Positions 44,711 to 55,500 of a stretch of DNA of 64,000 nucleotides are shown here, one piece after another (positions within the stretch are counted from its first letter, which is position 1; every line of letters starts with the position of its first letter). The translations under genes were made by a program, and so were the position numbers. The stretch is from a virus. Taxonomy: Duplodnaviria > Caudoviricetes. The stretch covers positions 1 to 64,000 of the IMG/VR virus record IMGVR_UViG_2926558313_000004; one strand, written 5' to 3'. The notes beneath the pieces were generated by a model that was given only the letters and a program-made list of their open reading frames with translations, searched no databases and was not told the origin of the DNA.

Positions 44711-44935
44711 ATGATACGCAAAAAGCGTAAGAAATGTCTACTCCGATATAGGTTAGCCGAAAAACGCATGTCTCACACTGAGTTAGCTCAAATTACTGGA
44801 ATATCAGTCACCCAGATATCAGAATATATCAGCAATAAGCGTGGAATGTCTTTAGATAATGCTGCAACGATTGCTTATGTATTAAACACTCAGATAGATG
44901 ACTTGTATGATTGGGACATTACCATATCCGAGTAG
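44711..44935 (+). CDS. XRE-family HTH regulator (SPbeta YopS-like)
   Basis: MSHTELAQITGISVTQISEY...IDDLY HTH; position next to the MrpR-like gene. Confidence 0.85.
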   Translation: MIRKKRKKCLLRYRLAEKRMSHTELAQITGISVTQISEYISNKRGMSLDNAATIAYVLNTQIDDLYDWDITISE

Positions 44936-45204
44936 ACGCTAAAGGACTAGTCCTTTAGTACGATAGACTTTACTATATAGTAAAGTTGCGGATAGTAAGA
45001 AAGTTCGGGTTGCTATTATTTTACTACAAAAGGTAAGTAATAGCATCATCATATTTTGTCGATAACACAATATGATTGTCGAATCATCCAGAAATTTATA
45101 GTTTATTATCAAATTATTGACAAATAACTCGACAATCACATCGAACATTTTATTTTAATAATTATTTTTATTTTATATGTAAAATTCAGTCCATAAATAC
45201 TGGA

Positions 45205-46179
45205 CTAAATTTCGTATAACTTCTTGATGTTTTCTATGTTGACATCCTCTTTGATGCCAATAAGGTTGTAATCCATCTTGCCTTGCAGTTTTGATTTTTT
45301 ATGCCCGAAATTTTGAACAATTGTTCTCAAGTCGTTATTTGTTAGCTCCCCTGTTTCTTCATATATATCCTTTCCCACTTTTATCATGCCACTTCTTGCG
45401 ATATTTGTCGGCGTGAGATAAGGATAGTCAAAAAACTTTTTAAGCATTTTTACTCTAGTATAAAGTGTCATATTTCCGACTGGTGCATTTTCATCTAATA
45501 CCCGACCATTATCAATAGATCGGATAATAAAATCATTGCGTATTAATTTCTTTTCTGGATTTGCTCGTTGAAAAACGGATTCTCCGTTATTAACAATGTA
45601 TACAGATTCTTTATAAGCTTCCGTAATTATTCTTAAACACCTATCACTTACTTTTACCTCCCTTTCCATCTCTCCTCTAACTTTTATAATATTATTATCA
45701 AAGTCTATGTCTTTATAATGTAAATTTCTAATCTCACTCAGTTGTGATCCTTTCAATCCTTCAAATAGCAACCGGAAAACAACCTTGTCTTGTCCATTAA
45801 CTAACTTCTTATCTTCTAGTTCTGCCAACTCTTCTTCAGTAAGAAACTGCTTTTTGCTATGGTCAATTAAACGGAACAAGGAATCTCTAGTTAAATTTGC
45901 AATTGGATTAATGGAGCTATTAGAATATCCATGAGCACTAGCCCAGTCTATATAATTTTTAAACACATTTGCTGCCATAGCTATAGAGCCTAATGATGGC
46001 TGAGCCATGTCTCTTAAGGTATCTTCAATTTCTGCTCTAGTAAAAGAATATAGGTCTTTCTGGAGCGCTCTTTCATTTCTTTCAGCCCCTCTTAGCTTGT
46101 ATCTATAAATAACTGCAGTATCTGCATCATAATTTTTTAAAAAAGCTTCTTTGATTTTTTCGTTGTACAAATTAGACAC
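45205..46179 (-). CDS. catalytically degenerate tyrosine-recombinase-fold master repressor (SPbeta YopR/MrpR-like)
   Basis: MYNEKIKEAFL N-terminus, LLFEGLKG..LSEI, PTNIARSG lacking R-HxxR; synteny with yopP/yopQ-like genes. Confidence 0.8.
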   Translation of the reverse strand: MSNLYNEKIKEAFLKNYDADTAVIYRYKLRGAERNERALQKDLYSFTRAEIEDTLRDMAQPSLGSIAMAANVFKNYIDWASAHGYSNSSINPIANLTRDSLFRLIDHSKKQFLTEEELAELEDKKLVNGQDKVVFRLLFEGLKGSQLSEIRNLHYKDIDFDNNIIKVRGEMEREVKVSDRCLRIITEAYKESVYIVNNGESVFQRANPEKKLIRNDFIIRSIDNGRVLDENAPVGNMTLYTRVKMLKKFFDYPYLTPTNIARSGMIKVGKDIYEETGELTNNDLRTIVQNFGHKKSKLQGKMDYNLIGIKEDVNIENIKKLYEI

Positions 46180-47551
46180 CTACCTTGTATTTACTCAAAT
46201 CAATATTTTCAAACACTTCTTTTATGTGTTTCCGTATCCCTGCTGGAGATTTACCTTTCAACTCTTGCCAATTCTCCTTATTAAAGTCGATATCTTTTAC
46301 AATATCAGATAGTAACTCAATTTCAATACCCTCATCTTGCATTCGTTTAGCTAAGCAGACAAAACCATAAAACATAGTTGGTCTGTTAATTTCACTTTTA
46401 TATCTTATCTCTTTAATATCGCTGATGAATTCATCAGGAAACGAGTAACAAAGATTATTGAAATACTTAGTCAAATACTGACCAGTTTTAATAGCTTGAC
46501 CTCTATTTTCCATTTCAAAAAATTCTTCTACGGCATCCACTAAAATTCCGAAAGTAGTTAATTCATCAGACTTAACAGTATTCTCAGACGTAATCTTTTC
46601 TTTTAATTCACTACCTGACTTTTTAAGAAATTCTACAGCTACAGTAGATAACTTTTCTTGATCCATCTCCTTCATTCGAGAAGTAGTGATATCATTAAAT
46701 GTATTAATTTCAACAAACACTTCTTTTGCTTCGGCATCAGTGAGATTCTGTATCTTTATGATAAACTCCATGTCTTTATTTGGATTTTCATGCTGCCCTT
46801 CAACTGTTGCTGTAAAACGGTGAAATCCGTCAATGCAGTCAAATAAAGTCCCTTTTGTAATGGTTAATTCTTTTGTATCTTCATCGTAGGAGATTTCTTC
46901 CCCATCATCTGAACTTCCCAGGCGGGCATTAAAAGTTAATGTCGTACTTGATAATTTCCCTTTTAAAAATCTGTTTTTGATTCCTTCGATGCTTCTTCTA
47001 AATATTTTTGGGACGGGAATAAAGGTTTCATCATCAACCTGTTTGACTTTGCCACTTCTTTGTACGTTAGGATTATATTGAATCTGTTTTCCATTGCTTA
47101 ATAATCGCATTTCTGTTACGGATATTTTACCCGTATAGCCATCGTGCAACTTTTCGAAACTACTCTTGAAAGTATATGGAAATTTGATTTCTTCCGCCTG
47201 ATAACCCGTAAAAGTTGTTTCAATTTCCTTCTTCTCTCTTTCATTATAAAAATGGTCTGGATTCAGTCTTTGATTACCCGTTGTCATGTAAAGCTGCACT
47301 GAAAAAACATACAGCTCTTTATCGTCTAGTTGTGGAACTTCCTTTTCGGGATCATTTAATACAGATTGAACTCTGCCTCCCAGCACTTTAAACTCTGCCA
47401 TCAGATCCTTGTATTTACTAACCATATCTTTTTTTGTTTTTATTGTGGGAAGTATTTCAATCAATACACTCTCTAATTCTTTTCTTTCTACTTTCACAAT
47501 GTGACACCTCTCTTCAAAAGACATTTCAATTAATTTTGTTATTAAATTCAA
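46172..47551 (-). CDS. ParB/DndB-like DGxHR protein (SPbeta YopQ-like)
   Basis: YNPNVQR, CIDGFHR, FVEIN; synteny. Confidence 0.8.
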   Translation of the reverse strand: MNLITKLIEMSFEERCHIVKVERKELESVLIEILPTIKTKKDMVSKYKDLMAEFKVLGGRVQSVLNDPEKEVPQLDDKELYVFSVQLYMTTGNQRLNPDHFYNEREKKEIETTFTGYQAEEIKFPYTFKSSFEKLHDGYTGKISVTEMRLLSNGKQIQYNPNVQRSGKVKQVDDETFIPVPKIFRRSIEGIKNRFLKGKLSSTTLTFNARLGSSDDGEEISYDEDTKELTITKGTLFDCIDGFHRFTATVEGQHENPNKDMEFIIKIQNLTDAEAKEVFVEINTFNDITTSRMKEMDQEKLSTVAVEFLKKSGSELKEKITSENTVKSDELTTFGILVDAVEEFFEMENRGQAIKTGQYLTKYFNNLCYSFPDEFISDIKEIRYKSEINRPTMFYGFVCLAKRMQDEGIEIELLSDIVKDIDFNKENWQELKGKSPAGIRKHIKEVFENIDLSKYKVGV

Positions 47552-47608
47552 TAATTAATACACTTCCCTTCTATTATACACAATATAAACAAAAAATAAA
47601 ACAAAAAA

Positions 47609-48682
47609 TTATAAATTCGAATTGAGGTTTCTTAGTAATATAATTTTCGCAACTTTATTACTATTAATTAAGTCCAATAACTCTTCTTTACTTAGCGATT
47701 CTAGAGCATCGCTGTTAAGAAATTTATCGAAATCTAACACACCTATTCTCTTGTATTTATTTTCTTTTATATATCTTTTTGTGACATTGAAATCTGAGTG
47801 ACCTGCGAATTCCATTGTCGCATGAGGATCTTTTGAGTTTTCATAAAAAATAGTAATCGCAGTTCCACGTATGCTATGGAAAGAGACATTTCTTTTTTCT
47901 GAAATATTCATTTTGATTTTAAGTTGATTCATTAGTTTCGATATATGATTCTTGTTAAACGGAAATACTACCTCGTCATTAACTTTATTATCAATTAATT
48001 CTTGAAAAAAGTCTTCATCTACATAATGAATTTTCCTCCGCTGCCCTTTTCCTCTTAATTCGATTTCATAATCTCCTTCTCTTGTGAGAATAAAATCGCT
48101 CCACTTCAACTTTAAAATTTCTTGCTGTCTCAGTCCGGTGTGTAAAGCGAACTTAATCAGCAATCCTTGAATAATTCGATTTTTAAATCTAGGCATTCCC
48201 TCTTTGACCATTGGGGCAATCTTTATCATTTCTTCTACTTCTTCCTTATGGAGTAAGCCGTAATTTACTTCTACGCTCTTAAGCTTTTGCATTTTACTAA
48301 TGAAGCTAATGTCTATATCGGCTAATAAACCAAATTCTATCTTCCTGCTATTTATATAGCTAAACAATCCAGTTATTGTCGTTAACTTTCGTTTTATTGT
48401 TTTATTAACCGAACCTTCATCCTGTAAATGAGCAATAAATTTATCAATATCGCTAACAGTAACTTTAAAATCATGTTCGATTAAATTTTCCAGCTCTTTT
48501 CCTTTTGTGATTTTAAAGAAATGTCTTATGTCACCCAAGTAGTTTTTAATTGTATTTTCGGATCTTCCGTTGCTCTTTAAATACATCATAATTATCTCTA
48601 AACAATTAACTTTATTTATATGGACTAATTGTAAGCTCATCTCTTTCATCCTCCTCAAAATTATATTAGGTTTATTATACAA
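47609..48682 (-). CDS. tyrosine recombinase/integrase with intact catalytic residues (SPbeta YopP-like)
   Basis: SENTIKNY SAM-like domain; TGLRQQE (R), RGKG (K), HSIR, AGHS, TKRY. Confidence 0.9.
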   Translation of the reverse strand: MYNKPNIILRRMKEMSLQLVHINKVNCLEIIMMYLKSNGRSENTIKNYLGDIRHFFKITKGKELENLIEHDFKVTVSDIDKFIAHLQDEGSVNKTIKRKLTTITGLFSYINSRKIEFGLLADIDISFISKMQKLKSVEVNYGLLHKEEVEEMIKIAPMVKEGMPRFKNRIIQGLLIKFALHTGLRQQEILKLKWSDFILTREGDYEIELRGKGQRRKIHYVDEDFFQELIDNKVNDEVVFPFNKNHISKLMNQLKIKMNISEKRNVSFHSIRGTAITIFYENSKDPHATMEFAGHSDFNVTKRYIKENKYKRIGVLDFDKFLNSDALESLSKEELLDLINSNKVAKIILLRNLNSNL

Positions 48683-48702
48683 TTACATCAACATTTAATC
48701 AA
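48674..48702 (-). promoter_or_regulatory. sigmaA promoter of the recombinase/lysogeny operon
   Basis: TTGATT-N17-TATAAT. Confidence 0.7.
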
Positions 48703-50565
48703 TACAATAATTTAATTATATTTGTTTACTTAGTAAATTCATATACCCTTTTATCATATTTCTTCTCGCTTCGCTTTTATCGATATTTCTTTCTTTTATG
48801 TTTCTCTCCGTATTTCTCCAGTACATCCCCTCATTCCCCGAATTAACAACGCCCTTCATAGAAATTTCCTGATATTGTTTTTCAATTTTTTTATGTACTA
48901 AATTAACTACTTTATTTTCCATTTTATTTACCTCCACTACTATATATACCTTATTATATTTGTTTTAAACATAAATATTACTTTTTTTCGTTTGACTATT
49001 TCTGACCTTTATCTGATTATAATATAACATATTGGATAGTGGAAAGTAAATAAAAATATATGACAAATAGCCTTATTTTTAATATTTTTTAAAAAAATAA
49101 GGCTCAATTACTTATTATTTTTTTATTTTTTATTCAGTAACTCGTTTTCTATATTCATAAGTAATTAGTTTGTCATTATGATCTATATCTATTTTTACTT
49201 TATTTCTAAACTCTTCTTTAATATCTTTTATAATTATTTTCATTTCCTTTTTGTTTTTATATGGCTGTGCTCCCATGTATATTAGTTTTCTTTTATTCAT
49301 CTACCATCATCCTTTCTTAAAATGTGTAATTTATTGAATTAATTTATTTTTCTATTATTTCTCTAGATACTCTCTTGCTTCTCTTATTATCTCTTCATAT
49401 TCTTCGTCCGAATACACTCCAGATTCTCCAATTTCTTCATTTGCTAAAATTTCTATTAATTTATTTTGATACTTAGCGGGTAAATACTTTAAAACATATT
49501 CACGAAAAAGTTCATCAACCTCAGCACCATCAAATGCTCCAGAAAGTCTTTTTAATATTTCTTTTCGTTTTCTACTCATTTACTCCCCTTTACTCTTCCT
49601 ATTGGTTAGCTTTGTCTTTTAAATCTTCATAACATAAGATGTGTACCCACTGTTCAAATCCATCATATATTCCGGCTTGATCGATCATCTTATCTGTTGA
49701 ATCTTCTTTGCTACAAAATGCACATACCTTTTTATTCATTGCAAGTCCTCCTATTTCAGTTTTAAATCTCAGCTAAATTATGATTATCGACAATCCATCT
49801 TTTTTCGCCTTCAAATTCTTCCCCATCCACACGCTCAATGATCATCCTATTATCAAAAGCACTAGCAGAGCCGACAATATAATATTCTGATTCCGTGTCT
49901 ATTTGAGGCTGTTTGTTTGTCATAATCCCATAACCTAATGATCTGTTACATTTATATTTTCTTTTCTCCATTTTCGCCACCCTTTCTCAGTGAACTACAT
50001 GACCGAGAAGCTTATTAAGAACTTTCTCGTTCCCAAAGTAAATCTTTTAAGACTTTTCCTTTTTCGTCAAGCTCGTACTCAAATTCACTTTTGCATTTAC
50101 TACATTCAAGATAATCCATCGTAGTATCGTACTCTGAACCCATAGTGTGAATTTTTCTTTTAGATAAGGTGTTTTTTGATGTCAAAGGTATTCTATATAC
50201 TTTTTCAGTTACCTTATAAAGACTTAGCTCTCCATCTTTACATTTAGGACACTTCATTCCATCCCTCTCCTTTCTATATCACATTATCACTCTTTAATTC
50301 ATTAAAACTAAAATTTTAAACACAATTATTATCCTAGCTCTTTTAAATTTCTCATTCCAATTCATACATACTTCTAATATCTATACAGATTTCATGTGCC
50401 TTATTTAATTGTTTTTGCGCCTGCTCAATTGAATTAATATCCTGATCATTCATGATATTTTGGTTCGCATACCCAATTAGAAATTGAATTTCTTCGACTT
50501 TCTTTAATATGATCTTTGTATTCCCTCTAGCTTTCATTCTCCCCCACCTTTACTCTTAGCTTCTA

Positions 50566-51339
50566 TTAACCATGTTTCCAGATAACTTTAACTTGATGCT
50601 CATTGCCTTTTAGACATGCTACGTCTATCACAGATCCATCTGCTAGCTCAAACTGTCTTACATCTTCATCACTTAACACAGCGGCATGTGGAGCTTCACC
50701 AAGCTTTATTTTACCCAGCTCTAAACTTTCTTCTATTACAAACATTGCGCCTTGTTTTTGAACAACGCATTTATTCCATTGAATCCGATCATCATTCTCT
50801 CCATTTCCTCTTTCTGCAAGAGAATAATTAAATTTCCGACTGTCCTTTTGATATGGCTCAGCAAATACATAGTCACCATGCTTTAAATCTAGCTGTCTGA
50901 CAATTGATTCTGGGATAAACGCTTCAATTTCTGGAATGAAAGCTCCTCTAATCTTTCTTTCTATTTTGTACTTTTGAGTTTCTGAATCGGTTTCGTCTAC
51001 TGCATCTTCATGTTGTTCTTTTATAACAAATCCAGAAAAATCTTCGTTATTACTATTTAATAGAAAATCCATTTCCTTATCAGTAACAAAATCTTTGCAG
51101 GTTGTTCCTAAATCACAAGGTCTTGAAGTATTTTTTGATGCCTTTTTATGGTCTGCATATTTTTTGATTGCAGTAAGCAACTCTATCTGATGTTCTAATT
51201 GCTGACTGGGATTTTCATCCGCTATATTTATTAGATCAATCGAATCTTTCATTTCCTTTTTAAGCAAATCTAACATTTCTAAATATATTTCCGTCATTAT
51301 TTCCACTCCTATAATCGCATCTCTTGGTGATTTATTCAT
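50566..51339 (-). CDS. hypothetical protein
   Basis: 257-aa ORF with normal codon usage. Confidence 0.65.
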   Translation of the reverse strand: MNKSPRDAIIGVEIMTEIYLEMLDLLKKEMKDSIDLINIADENPSQQLEHQIELLTAIKKYADHKKASKNTSRPCDLGTTCKDFVTDKEMDFLLNSNNEDFSGFVIKEQHEDAVDETDSETQKYKIERKIRGAFIPEIEAFIPESIVRQLDLKHGDYVFAEPYQKDSRKFNYSLAERGNGENDDRIQWNKCVVQKQGAMFVIEESLELGKIKLGEAPHAAVLSDEDVRQFELADGSVIDVACLKGNEHQVKVIWKHG

Positions 51340-51884
51340 GTAGTATTGTACACGATTTATGGAGTTTATAGTATAGTTTTGTTTACGTTGTTATGAAACG
51401 ATGCTTTTATTTGACTTTCTTTACTTTAACTCTACTGTTCATGCCCTGCACTTCTAAATAAAAAACACTGCCCTCTTGGAACACTTTTACATTTGGACGA
51501 TATTGGTAATTGTATTGATATTTATACTCATCTTGTTGAAATATTCTCCCGTTAGTTAATTCAAAAAAAGTATCACGGTTTTTATATCCTCTACAAGCAC
51601 CTTTAATTTGAGCTTCACAAAATAACATTTTAATCCCTCTCCTCACATAAAATGATTATTTCATCTTATAATTTCCAATTCGGTAGCCTTAGTCCAAAAT
51701 CCATTCAAGCTTGCTGGCATTATCAAATAATAGCCATCCACTGTCATACCCTTAACTACACCTTCGATATCTTGATAATATCCAGTCGTTACTTTTACCC
51801 TTCTATCCATTAGGTTCATTTTTTCAGCTCCAGTCAATAACTAATAATTCCAATCTCTTTCAGACTTGAAATATCATTATCGAC

Positions 51885-52598
51885 TTAATCATATTTCTTT
51901 TCAGGATTTTTAAAGCTTTCTGAAGAAGAAAGTGTTGTTCCAGTAACTCTTCCTCTCTTTTTCCAAGTATCCCCTTCTTTAAGCTTATACTCTCTGTACC
52001 TCTTGGTTTCTTTTTGGAATACAAACTTTTTTGGATCATGAAGGAGATTGTACATCTTATCGACAAACTTGATATCTAACTCCTTTTCTTTTTCTTCTGT
52101 CTTTATGCAATATGCTTTAATAACTTCTTCAATTCCTTCGCGACTATCTAGTAGTGACAATTGTCCTCTCAACTCTAAGAGAGTTTTTAGGGCTTTAATG
52201 TAATATGTAGTCTCCCTCTTAGTTGGTATCCCTTTGACTATTTCAGGAAAATCATTTCTAATCTTTAATATTAAACTCAATTCTTTTTCCGCATTCGAGA
52301 AAAACACTTGACTATCTTCTAAAGTTTCCGTCCCATTTAAAACTACAAATCTTTTTATGCATTCTGTGCCTACTTTTAGAATAGCGTTGGTATTTCGATT
52401 TACAATAGCCCAATTCCCCCTGTAATTACGAGCACCACACAACTCACAATGTTCAGAGAAATCTGCCGAATCAGAAGGGACAGATCCTTCAAGATCCCAT
52501 TCTGTTTTTGCTTCCTCGAAGTCATTGGAAAGACTGTGTTGCAAAATATTAGAAATAACTAAAGGTCTTGGATCTGATTTAGGTTCACTTTGATTCAT
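51885..52598 (-). CDS. hypothetical protein with Zn-binding CELCG...GTEC motif
   Basis: 237-aa ORF with its own RBS and upstream -10 box. Confidence 0.65.
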   Translation of the reverse strand: MNQSEPKSDPRPLVISNILQHSLSNDFEEAKTEWDLEGSVPSDSADFSEHCELCGARNYRGNWAIVNRNTNAILKVGTECIKRFVVLNGTETLEDSQVFFSNAEKELSLILKIRNDFPEIVKGIPTKRETTYYIKALKTLLELRGQLSLLDSREGIEEVIKAYCIKTEEKEKELDIKFVDKMYNLLHDPKKFVFQKETKRYREYKLKEGDTWKKRGRVTGTTLSSSESFKNPEKKYD

Positions 52599-55500
52599 GA
52601 CTATCCCTCATTTCAATTGAGTATATAGTATATTATACTCAAAATTTCCATTGTTTGAAATATTAAGAGGGGTGAAACACTCCTTATTTTTGAATCATGA
52701 TTACCTTTAATCAAACTGACATTTCAACTAGATTTATGACTGTCTTTATATTCACTAACTGACATTTCTTTTAACTTTAATATATTGTATTTGTCCAATA
52801 AACCAAGCAATTCTCTCGGTTCTAAATGATCAATTGAACCAATATCAACCTTATCGATAATTAATCTCTCGTCAATTCCTCTATTAACCCACGTAACTTC
52901 TTTCATATTATCACACTCCTTCAAATAGATATTTTATTCAGCTTTTTTATTCACAAAGTAGAGAAATAATTCTTCAATTTCTAGAATGTTCTCTTCAATA
53001 TTACCTTCATTGTTATTAATAAAAGCTAAAGCCTCTGTATAAGGTTCTCCATCAAACGGGGGAGACACTGCTGTTAAATTGTCAATTGGTACTCCATAAG
53101 CTCGTATAGCTTCATCAACCTCCCTTGATAACCTGTGAGCTTTCGCTTGTGCTTTTGCATATTGCCGCAGCTTCTGTTTAATTTCATATGGCATTGCTTT
53201 CATATTTAAATTTCACCTACTTTATAAGTTTGCGTTCAATTTTTACTTTCTAGCATATGATCCCATCTATACTCATAAGGAAAACCAATAAAAGAACTTT
53301 CAAACTTCTTTACTCCTGCCTCTTTTAGTTTTTCTTTTGTCCACACAGGCTTATTATTTAAGAAATGTCCTAATGTACTGAATCCATCATTATCGCCCAT
53401 GTAAAACATTTGATTTAAGTACTGAGAGTTTTTTACATCTTTAACTAAGATTGCAGTTTCAATTTGAAATACTCTTCCTACACCACTAGAAATGTCATCT
53501 TCTTCTAATGGATAGCCAGTTAAGTTAGCGAAAACCACAACTTCTTCATTTTCATACATCTCAAAATAGTAATCGAAATTATTATCATTGAATTTATTCT
53601 CTATGATTAACTGGTCAATGTCATTAATTTTCATCTCACTAAGCTTTTCTATATATTCAACTTCAATCTCTGGCAGTTTCATATGAGTTTACTCTCTCCT
53701 TTTCGCATTAGAGCTTTCCTCTATAGTGTCTATTCTAAATTCGTATTCATTCACACGTTTATAATACATAAATCTGTTGTAGTCATCTCCCCAGTAATAT
53801 CTACCTAAGACTTTTCCATTTTCCCAAACTTCTACATAGTAATCATCTATACTATGATTGTCATCATGTATAGAGGCTATTGCTTTTTCGAGATCAGTTC
53901 CTGCATAGATTGTTCTAGTTGGCTCATGCATATCCACTTCAAAAATTCCCAAATACACCTTCGTCATTTTATATCCTTCTCCTTAAAACTCTGATATTAT
54001 CTGGCTAAAATCGATAGAGCGTTTAACTCATTTCCAATCCATTCATATTGAAATTTACTAAACAGTTGAATAGTTAACTCATAACCCTCTTCGACTTCTA
54101 CAGCATCACTTATAACACCGATAGTTTTTGTTTCAAAGGTATTAGAAAGGTCTACTCTGTCTAATACAGGTTTATTTAGATAGGAAGATAGTTCACCATC
54201 TTTTGGAACTATCGTTTTAAACTTGACAAAGCTCATATTCTCCCCTCCCTCCTTTTCTTTAAAAGTGAAATTTTATTAAATATACTGCACCACCGCTATC
54301 TGCCTTGATTCCTTGAGGCACTACTGCTTCACTCTTTACTTTAGTCTTACTAATGCTAAATTCTACAATTGCTGTTTACATTTCTTCATCTCTCTGAAGT
54401 GAGCCTCATCTGAATTTATCATACTTACCCTCTTTCCATTTTTCTTTTGAAACCTGTAGTACGATTAACCATCCATTGCGAAATCTACATTTTTCATATA
54501 CTTGGATATATTCCTCTGACTCAGAAATGAATCTTTCCATCAAAGTGCTCCTCCTCTCACTGTAAAATCATACTTTTAAATAGTTATTTCTTTCTTTTGC
54601 TTACTACTTCACTAACCCCTAATACGCCCTCTTTATCGCAAAAGATATTTGTAAAAGAAGCTTCAGTTACAGCTTCAAAAAGGTCGCTATCTATTAGCTT
54701 ATTGGCGTAGTCAGCATTTTCAGATGAAATAGCCATTCCAATCCTATCATCTGTTTTACTTAATGACAGATATACTTTAAATACATAGTTCAACTTTTCT
54801 AAAGGATGCATCTCCCTCAATGTATCTGAGCTAACTGTATTAAAGCCTTTACTTTTGAAATACGGATCTGACAATAGAATCACCCTCCAAATTTAAAAAT
54901 GGGAAATCAGATTTTATTCTTCATTACCTTCATAAAATTCATATTTTACCAAAAGTTATTCACTAAGAAACCTTTCAAAGTCTTCCATCATAGTATGTAA
55001 ATATGAATGTCCACCGTCCCATCCAACGCTATTCAATTCCTCTTCAAGAGCACGAAGGTTTTCTAGAAATGCCTCCGCTTCGGCTTTTTGACCATCTAAG
55101 AATCCCTTATCATACTGTTTTAACTTTGCCATTGTTCCCCTCCTTCGCTTTAGTGTCGAATTGTGTATTAAAGTTCTTCAAATTCCCTCTCCTTATCAGC
55201 AAGAAATTCTTTGTGATGCTGTAAAATAACGTCCCTCACTTCATCTTTTTTCTCTCCAATTAAATACATTTTTTGCGGCTTTGTTGCTGAGGATAAGGTG
55301 ATTTCATCAGATTTAAATAACTCTTCCCAGTTTTTTATATTTAATCGTTCGGTTCTGATTATCGACTCCAGAACTTTAGCCCTTTGTAACGTTTCCATGT
55401 CCATTTTCTCTCACCTTCCTTCACAAAATCACTCTGAAATACACCAGTTCGATTTTTACTTTGCTGTTATACATAATTATACCATTTCAGCCATTCGCTC

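Noticed and set aside
45205-46179. Active prophage integrase
   Set aside because: Catalytic Arg and HxxR are missing; matches the MrpR-like repressor pattern
48716-48937. Arbitrium peptide AimP
   Set aside because: No hydrophobic signal peptide and no adjacent aimR
25377-52726. Additional two-mismatch TAAAA-N6-TTTTA-like sites (25377, 30498, 38894, 44090, 52711)
   Set aside because: Too degenerate for AT-rich DNA; excluded from the counts
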